Positions 35,980 through 50,231 of a stretch of 53,129 bases of DNA are shown here, in pieces. The translations under genes and the position numbers were made by a program. The notes under the pieces are model-generated. The model did not search any database. It was not told the DNA's origin and was given only the letters and a program-made list of their open reading frames with translations. Source of the DNA: Octopus sinensis (lineage: Eukaryota); assembly GCF_006345805.1 (NCBI RefSeq), contig NW_021833889.1, forward strand, positions 1 through 53,129, given 5' to 3'. Numbering within the stretch: position 1 is the stretch's first letter; each line of letters begins with the position of its first letter.

Positions 35980-36405
35980 TTTTACTGGCTTCAGTCACCT
36001 GACTGCGGCCATACTACAGCACCACTTTGAAGTGTTCAGCCAACTTCAACAATTATTATTTGTTCGTTTGTTTTTTTTCTTTTTGTGGTGGGGTTCCAAG
36101 TATACTGCATATTCTATCGATCACTTTTGCCAAACTCTATGTCACAGGGACGTAAACAAACCAACACCGGTTGTCAGGTGATGGTGGTAGTCAAACAAAT
36201 ACGCGAAAACATGCACATACACATACTTACATACATGCATACATACACACACATATAATATATTCGACGGCCTTCTTTCCCCTTCTATCTACCAGATCCT
36301 CTCACAAGGCCTTGCTCCACCCAGAGCAATAGTCGAAGACAGTTGGCCAAGGTGGAATGCGGTAGGACTGAACCCGGAACCATGTAATCGGGAGGTAAAC
36401 TTCAC
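35980..36405 (-). mobile_element. Older family-B SINE, inverted relative to 35506-35910
   Basis: gactgcggccatac…gcaccact…ggactgaacccggaaccatgt. Confidence 0.78.
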
Positions 36406-36678
36406 ATTCGTTCGTGCAGATACATCCAAATATTCATACACGCCCACATGCTTACACACATACTTATACATAGGCATACACACACACATTTACGCAAATA
36501 GACACGTTTACGTGCATGTATGTGTGTGAGTGTGTGTATACATTTGCATATGTGTGAGAGCATATGAATCTACCAATGCGTACATGTAAACAAACGCGCG
36601 CACTCATATATTTGTATACTTTCACACACAGACAGGTCCAAATTGGATATATACAAATATATATACATATTGGTCTCT

Positions 36679-36715
<37 letters not shown>

Positions 36716-36808
36716 ACAGATATATGTGTATAAAAACTGTCCGATGAACAGGAACGTGAAACTCCGAGAAACAGTTTTTGTGATGTCCTTGCATCTTTAT
36801 TAATAAAG

Positions 36809-36869
<61 letters not shown>

Positions 36870-36927
36870 ATGTGCGAGTGTGTATATATATATGTATATT
36901 CTATGAATGTATTAATGTATGTAAATA

Positions 36928-37200
36928 GGCTCTCCGGGCCAACTAATGCTTTGTGAATGAATCTTGTAGCCGAAAACTGTGTGGAAGCCCCTCCCCCCGT
37001 ATGTGTGTGTATATGTGTGTTTGTCCTTCGTTTACCACTTGAAAAACGTTGTTGGTTTGTTTACGTCTTTGTAACTAGCGTTACAGCAAATAGAATAAGT
37101 GACAGACCAAACAAAAAATAAGGTCTGTTTCTTCGACAAAACCCTTCCAGGGATGCCTTGGTAAGGCTGCGATCCAATGGCTGAAGTGAGTAAAAGATAC
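36928..37200 (+). mobile_element. Degenerate family-B SINE (5'-truncated)
   Basis: gggccaactaatgctttgtgaatgaat…tttacgtctttgtaact…gtaaaagata. Confidence 0.65.
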
Positions 37201-37785
37201 CAATAATACTATATTAGTTACTAATACATACTAATAAAATTAAAGCAGTCACTAATATATACCAATAACATAATACTCATTAATGTACTAATGACCTATG
37301 ATGGTTACTAATATATTAATGACCTATAATAGTTACTAATATACACTAATAAAACCATAATAGTCATTAATATATACAAATAACATTATAACAGTCACTA
37401 ATGTGTTAATAAAACTGTAATATAATAGTTACTAATATACTAATGACGCTAAAATAGTCACTAATGTATACTAATGTATACTAATGTATACTAATGAAAC
37501 TATAATAGTCACTCCTATACTTAATGATACATTAAGAGTCACTAATATATTAATTACACTGAAATGGTCACTAGTAAAACCAAATAAAACTATAGTTACT
37601 AATGTACTAATGACGCTAAAATAGTCACTAATGTATACTAATGAAACTATAATAGTCACTGCTATACTTAATGATACATTAATAGTCATTTATATATTAC
37701 ACTAAAATAGTCACTAGTATAATAAATAAAACTCTAATAGTCATTAAATATATATTAATAAAACTATAGTTACTAATGTACTAAC
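37200..37785. repeat. AT-rich minisatellite with a higher-order ~160-bp duplication
   Basis: Recurrent ACTAAT…TAATAGTC unit; about 37428-37593 is repeated at about 37594-37770. Confidence 0.85.
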
Positions 37786-38264
37786 CCTTTATTTAAGGTC
37801 AATACCAATGCAGTAAATGTCCCTATAATAATCAGTACGACTGATGTACACTAGTGTCACACTGCGTTTCTGTACCAGTAATATCCTATGGTTTGCTAAA
37901 TGAGTCGAATCCCAATGCCATCCAACACCTTTCCATAAATGGCCTTGTGCCTGAGAAAAGCAAATCGTTATCATTAATTTCCTTCTCATGATTAATTACT
38001 ATAATCGTTCGATTCTAATTAGGTTTTAGCCATATAATCCTATTTAATTGATACTGCAGAAATTAACTGTTAAAAATATCTGCCTTGCTAATTAACTGTG
38101 TTCATTATCGACTATTTGAGATGACATAGTTGTGTGGGTTCGTGACTTTGCAGTCGGTATTTGTCGCTCCTGGGTTCACATCCCGCTGTAAGCACTCGAA
38201 ATGGTTTCTTACCTTGAAGGGGTTTTCTTTTGAAGTTTAACCTAATCCTCAATAAATATTATTA

Positions 38265-38482
38265 AATATTGGTTTCAAATTTCGGCACAAAGCCAGCAAT
38301 TTCAAGGGATGGGTTAAGTTGATTACATCGACCCCAGTATTCGACTGGTATTTATTTTATCGATGCCGAAGGGATGTAAAGTAAAGCCAACCTCTATGGA
38401 ATTTGAACTCAGAATGTATAGTCGGAAGAAATATCACCAAAAAATTCTTCCGGCATGGTAACGGTCCTGCCAGATCGCTTCC
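38265..38482 (-). mobile_element. Family-A SINE
   Basis: Reverse-complement body (…atcgaccccagt…ggaatttgaactcagaa…ctgccagatcgc). Confidence 0.8.
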
Positions 38483-39011
38483 TTAGTACTATTAAATATC
38501 AATGGTTGCATTATGACGCGGTCACACCTACCTCCAATCAACTCTAGTTTGGTAAAACTAATATGAAGAAAAACCCGTGCTATTGTTTTGGCCACAAAGT
38601 CTGGATATTTCCTGGACGTGAATATACTATTCGCCTCCACTTGAATGGAGGGATAATAACAGACGGTAACGAAATCTTTATGACTCGTGCCATCGGTTGA
38701 TAATGAGAACGTTATGCAGAAGAAATTGTATGAATATATATAACATCTGTGTTGTTTACAATCAACCTTTGATTTCCTCATATGATATATATAATAAACC
38801 GTATTTCATGATACAAAAGACGCACTTTTTTTTTTTCAAAAATAAAATTCTGAAAACCATCGTGCCGGATCGTATACGCGAAGTAGGGCCCTTTTGCCCT
38901 GAATATGCGCTACCGAAACGCTTCTACATGTTTTATGCCATCAAATACGGTAATATATTATATGTCGTTTAAAGCAAGCCTTTGTTAATCTCATATAATG
39001 TACAAAATGTG

Positions 39012-39261
39012 AAGGTGGCTAAATGTGTCGGTGGCGAAATGCACGCCGGGCAAAATGGTTTCCGGTGTTTGGACTGGAGTTCAAATTCCGCTGAGGTCGA
39101 CTATGCTTTTCATTCTTTCGGAGTCGATAAAATAAGCACCAGTTCAACACCGGGGGCAATGTAATCAACTAGTCTGCCTCTCCCCAAATTTCAGGCCTTG
39201 TGCCTTTAGTAGAAAGCATATATTATGCACACACGCACACACACACACACACACAACACTC

Positions 39262-39308
<47 letters not shown>

Positions 39309-39832
39309 TCACGAAGCATATCTTTTAGATATTTAAGAATACACAAAACTTGTTGCATTCACTTTTCGTATTTCTTTATTGTTCTCTCTATTATAAAGAG
39401 CCAAAATTTTCACTGCTTCGATTTCGCTTCAACAAAAGAACCCCATATCACGTAATATATACAATGGTTATATATATATATATATCGGAATCGTTATTAC
39501 GCCACACAAAGTGATTAACGGCATTTTATGCGTTTTTACGTTCGAAGTTCAAATTCTGCCGAGGTCGACTTTCTTTTTCATCCTTTCGGGGTCGATAAAA
39601 TAAGTACCAGCTGAATACTGTAATCGACTGCACCCCTCCTCTAAAATTACTGGCCTTGTGTCAAAATTTGAAACCAATATATGAATAAGGGTTAAGGTAG
39701 CGAGCTGGCAGAATCGTTAGCACGTCGGGCAAAATGCTTAGCTGTATTCCGTCCATTTTTACGTTCATAGTTCAAATTCCGCCGAGGTTGACTTTGCCTT
39801 TCATCCTTTCGGAGTCGATAAAATAAAGTAGC
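39012..39832 (+). mobile_element. Three family-A SINEs (39012-39216, 39487-39675, 39696-39832)
   Basis: Each contains GTTCAAATTCYGCYGAGGTYGACT…TCGATAAAATAAG. Confidence 0.85.
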
Positions 39833-42011
39833 CCTGTGATCCACCTTTGCCATTGATCAGAGCTTTGCTGTATCAGGGAATTGAGTCATACAACATTCGA
39901 ACGATTGTTAAAGCAACTTCGAAGCATTCGTCGACTAAAATCTGCTTTAGTTTTGTTTTCAACGATAATGGCGAAGGAAGTGGCTCCTGGCTTGCTGCTC
40001 CAAAGTGCATCATAAATCTTCGATTATACTGAGATCCGGTGATAGTGGGGGAAGTGGAGTATTCAAGTGGCCTACTTCATTTTTGTGCTCTTTATCGTCC
40101 TGGAAGATTGCACTTCCATCGTGGAACACTGTTTCTACCATAGTACGGATATGATAAGCCACAATCTTATAAGAATTCTGCTTGTCATTCCGTTACTTAG
40201 CCCGTCGGTAACGCTTTCACGGGATTAAAGAAAAAGAGGGAGAAAAAAGGAGGATCCGGTGAAAAGTGGGGCAGAAAGAGAGAGCGAGAGAGAGAGAGAG
40301 AGAAAAGACGGAGAGAGAAGCGTCCATGACATGTGGCGGGGGGGACATAATATCTATTACGTGGTAAAAAAGTTAGTTGAAGGTAGTGATATGGAGGGGA
40401 ATTATGAATATAATTTTAGCAGAGGGGTGATGTTCCGATGGTGAGATGAAAGAAAGGCAGAGAGAGAATGAGAGAAAGAGATGATGATGGTGGTGGTGTT
40501 GGTGATGGTAAGTGCATAATGAAAAGTAAGTTTTTCCTTAATTGAACTAAGTTTTTTATATAACCTAACACTTAACGCATGCGCATCCCAAACTTGCCAT
40601 TCACTTTAGAAAGAAACTAGTTTCCTGTACTCTTCCTCTCACTATGCAATGACTACCAATAAATCACAAGGGCAGACATTTGATTAAAGTAGGATTGTTC
40701 TTGCCTGAACCTGTATTCGGCCAAGGTCAGTTATATGTTGCATTCTCAAGGGGTCACAAATTATCTGATATGGGAGCTAAACTTATCAACACTGACAAAT
40801 AAGGGAAAAGAAGAGGGAGACCTTACACGAAGACCATAGTCTACAAAGAAGTACTGGATTGAAAGATGTACGCAAATTGAAATGTCTATTAGCTCTGAAC
40901 CATTGCCTTGGTTTAGAAGTTACCAACGATGTGGTTTTAAGAGTACGCCATGTTGCTTTAAATTTTTACCGCCCTTACCCCGTGAAACTGACCCCTATAT
41001 TTTACATATATAATCATCGTATTCCAATTTCCAATGATTAGCAGATAAGACACAACACATACAGACACAACACAGGCTGAACTTCCAGGTTTTTGGATAA
41101 AGTTTCAGGAATAACCTAATAGGTTAAGCATTAATTCCGTGAAATATTCACGGGTCCTGCTACTACTCAAATAATTATTGGCGTTAACTCTATCATGTAC
41201 AACAATTAAAAGGCCAAAACAATTCCATGATATGGCTGCTTAAACTATGAATTATAGTAGGGGTCAAGCAGTCAGAGTTAAAGGCTTCTTTAGGGTGTCA
41301 CCAGATAAAACTCGCCCCGGGGTAAGAAAAAAGGGTGAATGATGATTCATCAGAGACGATGACATTGTTCCATTGAGCTTTTTCGATAATCAAGATACCA
41401 TTTTTGCCGCTCATCAGTATTGATGAGAGATGAAAAAGGTTTAGTAATTGCAGCTTTTGCACAGTATCAGGCTTTATGGAGCTCCCAAGGAACTCTTTTA
41501 GCTTGTGTGCGTGTGTTTATGTGTGTATGTCTAAGTCTCTGTTTTTATTGCCACTGCTTGAAAAGAACTGTGTCTTCGTTTATCAACCATCACTTACCAC
41601 TACAACAAACAGAGAATGCTACAATAAGTTCGAGACTTAAAAATAAATACCCAGATTGATAAGGTCTGCTGAAAACCCTTCACAGCTGCACCTCAGAATC
41701 ACCGAGTGTTGCTGTTTCATAAAAGACGTAATGGGGAAAGGTCTGATTCCGTTGGGATCCGAAACTGCATTACGAGCTGTTGCTCTACGTTGTCTCATAG
41801 ATATAATCCAGCTGAGTGAAAAGTAATTAAGAAAATATTTTGAAAATCAAATTGCTGATTACTTGGAATTTATAGAATTACTAAATTAGTGCGGGGGTGG
41901 GTGGGATTTACATAAATCAAAACTACGTATATTTTGCGAATATATGTGAATATAATACGGGTGTGTGAGCATGAATATAATATATATATATGCATTTATA
42001 TGCATATATAT

Positions 42012-42068
<57 letters not shown>

Positions 42069-42149
42069 GTTATGTATGTATATGTTTATATACATATATA
42101 TATATGTATGAATATACACATACAGACTATATATAAAGATATATATATA

Positions 42150-42320
42150 TATATATATAAGAAATTAAAAAAGGAAAATACGCACAATTACATAGTTTTA
42201 ATATAATTTTTAATATATCGACCGGTTTTGCTATCGCTATTCATGATATTATGTTTTACTTATTTGAATATCTATTTTTTCTAAAGAAGAAATTTTGTCC
42301 ATGTTGTGTGTGATGAAATT
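42150..42320 (-). mobile_element. Paralogue of the Penelope 3' UTR at 19880-20060
   Basis: Co-linear similarity (gaaggaaaat…ttttaatataattttt…tcgaccggttt…ttgtgtcc/ttttgtcc); includes a hammerhead relic at 42215-42249. Confidence 0.7.
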
Positions 42321-42339
42321 CACGAGTGTATAATTTCAC

Positions 42340-43095
<756 letters not shown>

Positions 43096-43884
43096 TGGCC
43101 TTGACGGCTTCAGTACGATGCCAAATCCCGTGTCTAGCTAATTGGTACGTATTCAACACATTTTGCCGATAAATATATGATATTTACTGCTGGCTCCGAT
43201 TATTCATGTGATATTGTTCCTGCTTATTGCTTCCGACAAAATTCATTGGAGACATTCTGACCTACCGAAGTTTCGTATCTATTGATACCTATTGTCCTTT
43301 ATTCATCAACTAATATAGGATGCAACATTGCTCAAATACTTCTCTATATTCACCGTTAACATATATATTATATAAAAGCCACCACTCATTGTGTCGATGT
43401 TTGCATATGTATGTACGTATGTATGTACGTACGTACGTCTTTCTGTACGTACGTTTTCATTATCCGTGTACTTGTACGTTAGTGTGTAGCATCTGTAGGT
43501 TTCTCTATATGGATGTGGTTTCTCTATATTTATTATAGACCATAATGAAACAGATATCGAAAGCGAGGCATCGAAGGTAATAGAAAGAAACAAAGAAAAT
43601 GGCGATGGGGACGTTTAAGGTAAAGAGAGGGATGGGTGGAACTGACGTTTAGAATGCAATTCCCACAGGGCTACGATATCTATTGTACACAAAGTAATAA
43701 TATACGCTACCTTATATTTTGTAACACTTTATTTATTCCTTAATTCTTTACTGAACACATTCTACTCTTGTTTATTTGTTTGTTTATTTTCCCATTGTTT
43801 GTTTCTTCTATTTTTGTTTATTTTGTCTAAGCGTTTCTTACCTTTTCTTAACACATAATGGATGTAATCTCATTTGAAACTTAT

Positions 43885-43932
43885 TTATATACAAACTATA
43901 TATGTATATACATATATACACACACACATACA

Positions 43933-43982
<50 letters not shown>

Positions 43983-44021
43983 GCATGTATGTGTGTATGT
44001 ATGTATGTGTGTATGTGTGCG

Positions 44022-44053
<32 letters not shown>

Positions 44054-44469
44054 ATGTATGTATATATATAATATGTATGTATACATATAATATGTATGTG
44101 TATATATATATGTATGTATACATTAATATGTATGTATATATATATGTATGTATGTATATATATAATATATATGTATGTATATATATAATATATATGTATG
44201 TATATGTATATATATATATATATATATGTATATAATATATATATACATATATATATACATATACATATATATATATATATAATATATATATATATATAAT
44301 ATATATATATATAATCACGTAGGCTACAGATGATTTCCTTTCGCAAATACTTATTACACATAGCTGGAGATGTCCACCTGGGGTTATAAACAACAGTAGC
44401 ATTGTCCCCTATGGGACCGCCACATTTAGTTGCTTCACGGTATATATATGTATATAATATATATATATA

Positions 44470-44540
<71 letters not shown>
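43885..44540. repeat. (TA)n/(TATG)n microsatellite field
   Basis: Directly visible. Confidence 0.9.
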
Positions 44541-44544
<4 letters not shown>

Positions 44545-44614
44545 GTATGTTGATGCAAACAGTATAACAGGACTCAAAATATGAGTATATAAGTGTTTTT
44601 ATTAATATTTAGCA

Positions 44615-44812
44615 AAAGTAACTTTACCGCAGTTGTCAAGGAGATTCGGTGTGACACAGAGAACGACAGATTGTATTCATTTTTGGCGGCTGAGTGGAAT
44701 GCAACAAACTTAAATAAAGTGTCTTGCTCAACAACACATCACTCCGCCATGAATCGAACTCACAACCACACGATCGTGAGCTGATTATCCTAGAGAAAAA
44801 GCCACGCGCCTT
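44615..44812 (-). mobile_element. Family-C tRNA-derived SINE
   Basis: Minus strand reads AAGGCGCGTGGCT…GAGTTCGATTC…GTGTTGTTGAGCAAGACACTT; a family-C tail lies on + at 45410-45510. Confidence 0.7.
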
Positions 44813-45640
44813 CACACACACACACACACACACACGCATACACACACAGACACACACACACACACACATACACACACAGACACACACATATATATATATA
44901 CGAGAGAGAGAGAGAGAGAGGGGGGGAGACAGATAGACAGACAATCAGACAGACAGACAGACAGACATACAGACATACAGACAGATAGATGGATAGATAG
45001 ATGTGTGGCTTTGTGTGCGTGCGTGTAGTTATGTTTCTCTTTCTCGATCCCCTTATTTCTCTCTATCAACTGCTAAGTCATTTCCGATTACAATGATTTG
45101 AATACTGCGTTAATATTATTTTATAATACCGGAAAACAACTATCACATTTCCTCTCTAGCCATTAATTAATTCAATCATGTCATATGGCTAAATCAATTG
45201 TAATTAACCGTGTGAAAGACTATCGTACTATCCCGTATCAGTGAATACTACAGATATGTGTTTCCCTTTTTTGCTACAACGCTTCCTATAAGGAAGAAAT
45301 AACTAAATCGGATAACTACCATATGGATTTTATTGTATTGAAATAATTAGATACAATCTGAAATTGTACGGTGGCATTATGGGAATGTTGCTGTACTAAA
45401 GTTATGATCGTTGTCAATGGTCTGTGCTTGGTCACTTGCACTTTAATTTCACGATCAAGCTGTTCCGTTGATCAGATCATCTGGAGCCCTCGTTGCTGTG
45501 ACCGATATAATTTACTTAATGAGTGTAAGATTTTATTTAGATGTTTATTAAATAAATAAATTAATTAATAATTTAATTTAATGTATATAGATTAAATTAT
45601 AGCATTTAGTTTTTACTTAATGTAAATTTTGTATTTTATT

Positions 45641-45679
<39 letters not shown>

Positions 45680-45833
45680 TTTGTTTTAATTATTTTAATT
45701 AATTGCATCTTATTTTTTATTCTATTTTTTTATTTAACAAGAATATATTTGTTAAGATATTTCATATTTTACAAGATTATTTACGTATATTTATTAATTT
45801 ATCTAATTAATTATTTTATTGTTTTTTTTTCTT

Positions 45834-45923
45834 TAACCTGAAGAGTGGCTATATTTATATTAAGGTGATTTTACTATTATTATTACTATTATAATTTCTT
45901 AAATATAGCCACGAAACACGTTA
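45834..45923 (+). ncRNA. Hammerhead relic with a 12-bp stem II and a collapsed stem III
   Basis: TAAC-CTGAAGA-GTGGCTATATTT…AAATATAGCCAC-GAA-ACAC-GTTA. Confidence 0.55.
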
Positions 45924-46080
45924 TTCTACCAAATATGTACGTTTTATTTACTTTTTTGCAAATTAATTAATCATTGTTATATGTTTTATCTTATATTTAC
46001 TCTTTCTATAATATGTAATTTTTCTAAATGGTATAATTTAATTTTTCATAATCGAATTGATAAAAGGTGGGACTTTTCTA

Positions 46081-46135
<55 letters not shown>

Positions 46136-46420
46136 ATATATATAGATATATATATATATACATATAACGTAAAGTATACGTAAAGTTACTGTTTACATCT
46201 CGTTCAGAGATTTATTATTGCTTGCAGACAGTTTTTCGAAATCAGTGACGGAAGTTACTAGAAAAACACTCAAGTATTTGCAAACAGGTCTCCCTTTCAT
46301 CGTAAACCGGTGACTGCCGTACGCCGAAGACAGGCAAATACCTAGAAACTGCAGTCCGTGCGGGTCCTTAGGTTTACGAGAGAGGGATGACCTCCCTTTG
46401 CAAATATCATAAGAGAATAT

Positions 46421-46473
<53 letters not shown>

Positions 46474-46560
46474 TATATTATATTTTGTGAAATTTGATTT
46501 AGTATTTCTAAATTGAATTTTTCCCTGTAAGTTTGATATAATATTCCCTCATAATATAAT

Positions 46561-46605
<45 letters not shown>

Positions 46606-46829
46606 TCACATAATGGCCCATCCTCCCTACGTGTATACAACGTGGCACGTAGTGCTGATGGTTTATGGTCATGACTAATGATCCTGGGGTAAAACTGTTG
46701 GATGTGATGTTTAATTTTTCGCTTTGGAAAAGGAATGAATTTCACCGCACAGGAAAATATATGCTTTGCATTTAGTGTAAAATGGTATTTCAAAAAGGGA
46801 TAGAAATTATGGGGAGAGAAGCACAGACA

Positions 46830-47380
<551 letters not shown>

Positions 47381-47599
47381 TATTTAATTAAATGATGGTG
47401 AAACTCATCTGAACATACATTTGGCACATCACCACGAAAACAACAAACAGGCGTATAAATAATATATAAAGAAGCAAAAGAAAAGAAAGGAAAGGAGACG
47501 ACTTGACAGTTTGACATAAATTGACAGAGAGACGTACAGACAGACAAGTCGGAATACACTCACTGAAGCGCACATAGATATACACGGCGTCAGATGCAC

Positions 47600-47812
47600 A
47601 CACAGAGAGGGAGACATACTGTGACTGAGTGACTGAGTGACTGACAGCTAGAAAGATAGATAGATGGATAGATAGATGGATAGAGAGAGAAAGAGACAGA
47701 CAAACAGACAGACAGATAGATAGATAGATAGATAGATAGAGAGACAGACAGACAGACAGACAGGTAGATAGATAGACAGACAGACAGGTAGATAGACAGA
47801 CAGAGAGGTAGG

Positions 47813-47886
<74 letters not shown>

Positions 47887-47918
47887 GGCAGACAGACAGA
47901 CAGACAGATAGATAGAAA

Positions 47919-47989
<71 letters not shown>

Positions 47990-47990
47990 T

Positions 47991-48037
<47 letters not shown>

Positions 48038-48068
48038 ACAAACTGACAGACAGACAGATAGATAGAAA

Positions 48069-48109
<41 letters not shown>

Positions 48110-48185
48110 CTGACAGACAGGCAGGCAGACAGACAGACAGATAGATAGGAAATACATAGATAGATAGATAGATAGATAGATAGAT

Positions 48186-48217
<32 letters not shown>

Positions 48218-48237
48218 GCAGACAGACAGACAGTAGG

Positions 48238-48323
<86 letters not shown>

Positions 48324-48337
48324 GGTAGGTAGGTAGG

Positions 48338-48421
<84 letters not shown>

Positions 48422-48460
48422 CAGAGAGACAGACAGACAGAAAAATAGATAGACAGATAT
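47600..48460. repeat. ~850-bp (GATA)n/(GACA)n array
   Basis: Directly visible; source of the 354- and 368-aa pseudo-ORFs. Confidence 0.97.
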
Positions 48461-48959
48461 TATAATCGGGGAGTGAATGTAAGAGAGATAGCAACAGAGG
48501 GGGAGGGAGATGAGGAGGCTGGGCGGATGGGCAGATAATAAAACGTTTACCGAGACATAGTAAAACGGATGTGAAGTCTTCAAATGTCGGAAGGAGGACT
48601 TTTGTTGCCCTGATGCTGGTTGTAACACATTAGAATTTGACGATGCCATAACCAGGCAGCACACCACCGCTACCACCGCCACCGCTACCACTGTCACTGC
48701 AACAACCACCATTTATAGTTATAAATATTTAGCAGCAACACCGCCACCGGCGTTGTCAACCCCGCCGCCATCATCACAAACGCTGCCCTACATAAGCAAT
48801 ATCCCCAATAACACAGAGAATATTACTTCTTCTTAATACGGCTCCCTTATCACTCTCTCTCTCTCTCTCTCTCTTGCGCTCTCTCTCTCTCTATCCATCT
48901 ATCTATCTCTACCAGTGGCACACCGTTATCCGACAAATAAGTCCTTCAATGTTATGACT

Positions 48960-49250
48960 ACCTAAACCATATACAACAGTATAACAACACTGTCTACAAC
49001 AACCACAGCAACACTGCCTGCATAACCATAACAACACTCTCTACATCACCATAACAACGCTCTACATCACCATGACAACACTCTACATCACCATAACTAT
49101 GCTGTCTACGTTACCATAGTCATACTACTTACTTCACCATAACAACACTACCTACTGCACCATGGTGGTGTCAACACTGTTGTCAACATCACTATGACAA
49201 CACTGCCTATAACATGACTCCATTCTCGACATCACCATAGCAACGCATAA
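48960..49250. repeat. Degenerate ~21-24-bp minisatellite (CAACACTCTACATCACCATAA-like)
   Basis: About 12 recognisable units. Confidence 0.75.
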
Positions 49251-50231
49251 ATTTACTTACAGTAATCACTGGTACCACACGTGATTAATAAAAAATTATC
49301 CAACATCAATAGTGTACAAAAATGTTTAGACGAGATGAAAAGTGGGGACTGTATTTGGATAACATAAAATACGACAAGGCTACGCGAACATACTTAGAGC
49401 GATCAGCTGGACCTCAACGGAATAAACAAATGATGCATCAATAATGTTATGGAAACAATACATCAGGTACATCTGCGTCAGGACTACGTGGGTCCTGTAA
49501 TATTTCCATAACAATGCATAATAAACTATATTGAGCACACTACAAATCATCAGAGATTGTACGAAAACTACACTTGGGCATCACTTACTGGGGTGAAACG
49601 AAAAGGCAACTTAAAATGAAGAGCCACTTGAACAAGCGAGAGACTATGTTACAGGATCGAAAATTAAAACTGATTTCTAAATACTAAGACACATATAGAC
49701 AATATATTACAGCCGATAAAGCCTCCTAAAAACAAAAAAGACACTATTTTCCCACTTTGCTTCGATAAACGTAAAACATACACATACACACAATAAGTGA
49801 TGTAATGTCACTGACACCAAACACCCTACAGAGATAATGTGACTGAAAAGCAAGTACAGTGTTTCAACCGACAACACTTTGTCCTGGTCCCTACAGATAC
49901 AGAGTGGACAATGGAGGGAGCACAACATATTCAGATTGCCACACTGCAACATAAATGATTCATCGTTGCGTTTTAGAGTGTGCAGTGCCTGCAAGACTGC
50001 AAAAATAGGCTAGAGAAGGGGCATAGAATGCAATATGTCTGTAGTGTTGCATTGCAATCCATATAATGGTTTATCTCTGCATGTTGCAGTGCACGATGAC
50101 TGCAGCAATGGACTGGACAGCGTATAGAGTGTAACATGTTCATTTCTGCATCTTATAAGAATTTAGAAACTGTGAGATGTGAAATAATTCGTTTTTAACT
50201 GGAGAACTCAGAGTTAATAAACTTACAAATA

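Noticed and set aside
37200-37785. CRISPR-like repeat-spacer appearance
   Set aside because: No constant repeat with unique spacers, no cas genes, and a eukaryotic context
38799-38880. CCGTATTT…AAGACGCAC, a Tc2/pogo-like TIR start
   Set aside because: No TA-flanked partner TIR; too degenerate
41743-41772. CTGATTCCGTTGGGATCCGAAACTGCATTA
   Set aside because: G8/A9 are missing, the palindrome is broken and there is no stem I; probably a relic but not supportable as a ribozyme
43262-43310. Minus-strand TTGATGA…GTATC/GATAC-GAA-AC(TTCG)GT-A
   Set aside because: The 3' half is attractive, but there is a 14-nt gap after the core and no stem I
43597-43627. AAAATGGCG…AAG|GTAAAG first-exon-like string
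   Set aside because: Isolated short match with no supporting promoter context; expected by chance
47388-48712. Longest ORFs (368 and 354 aa, SIYL/SVCL repeats)
   Set aside because: Translations of (GATA/GACA)n; no coding signal
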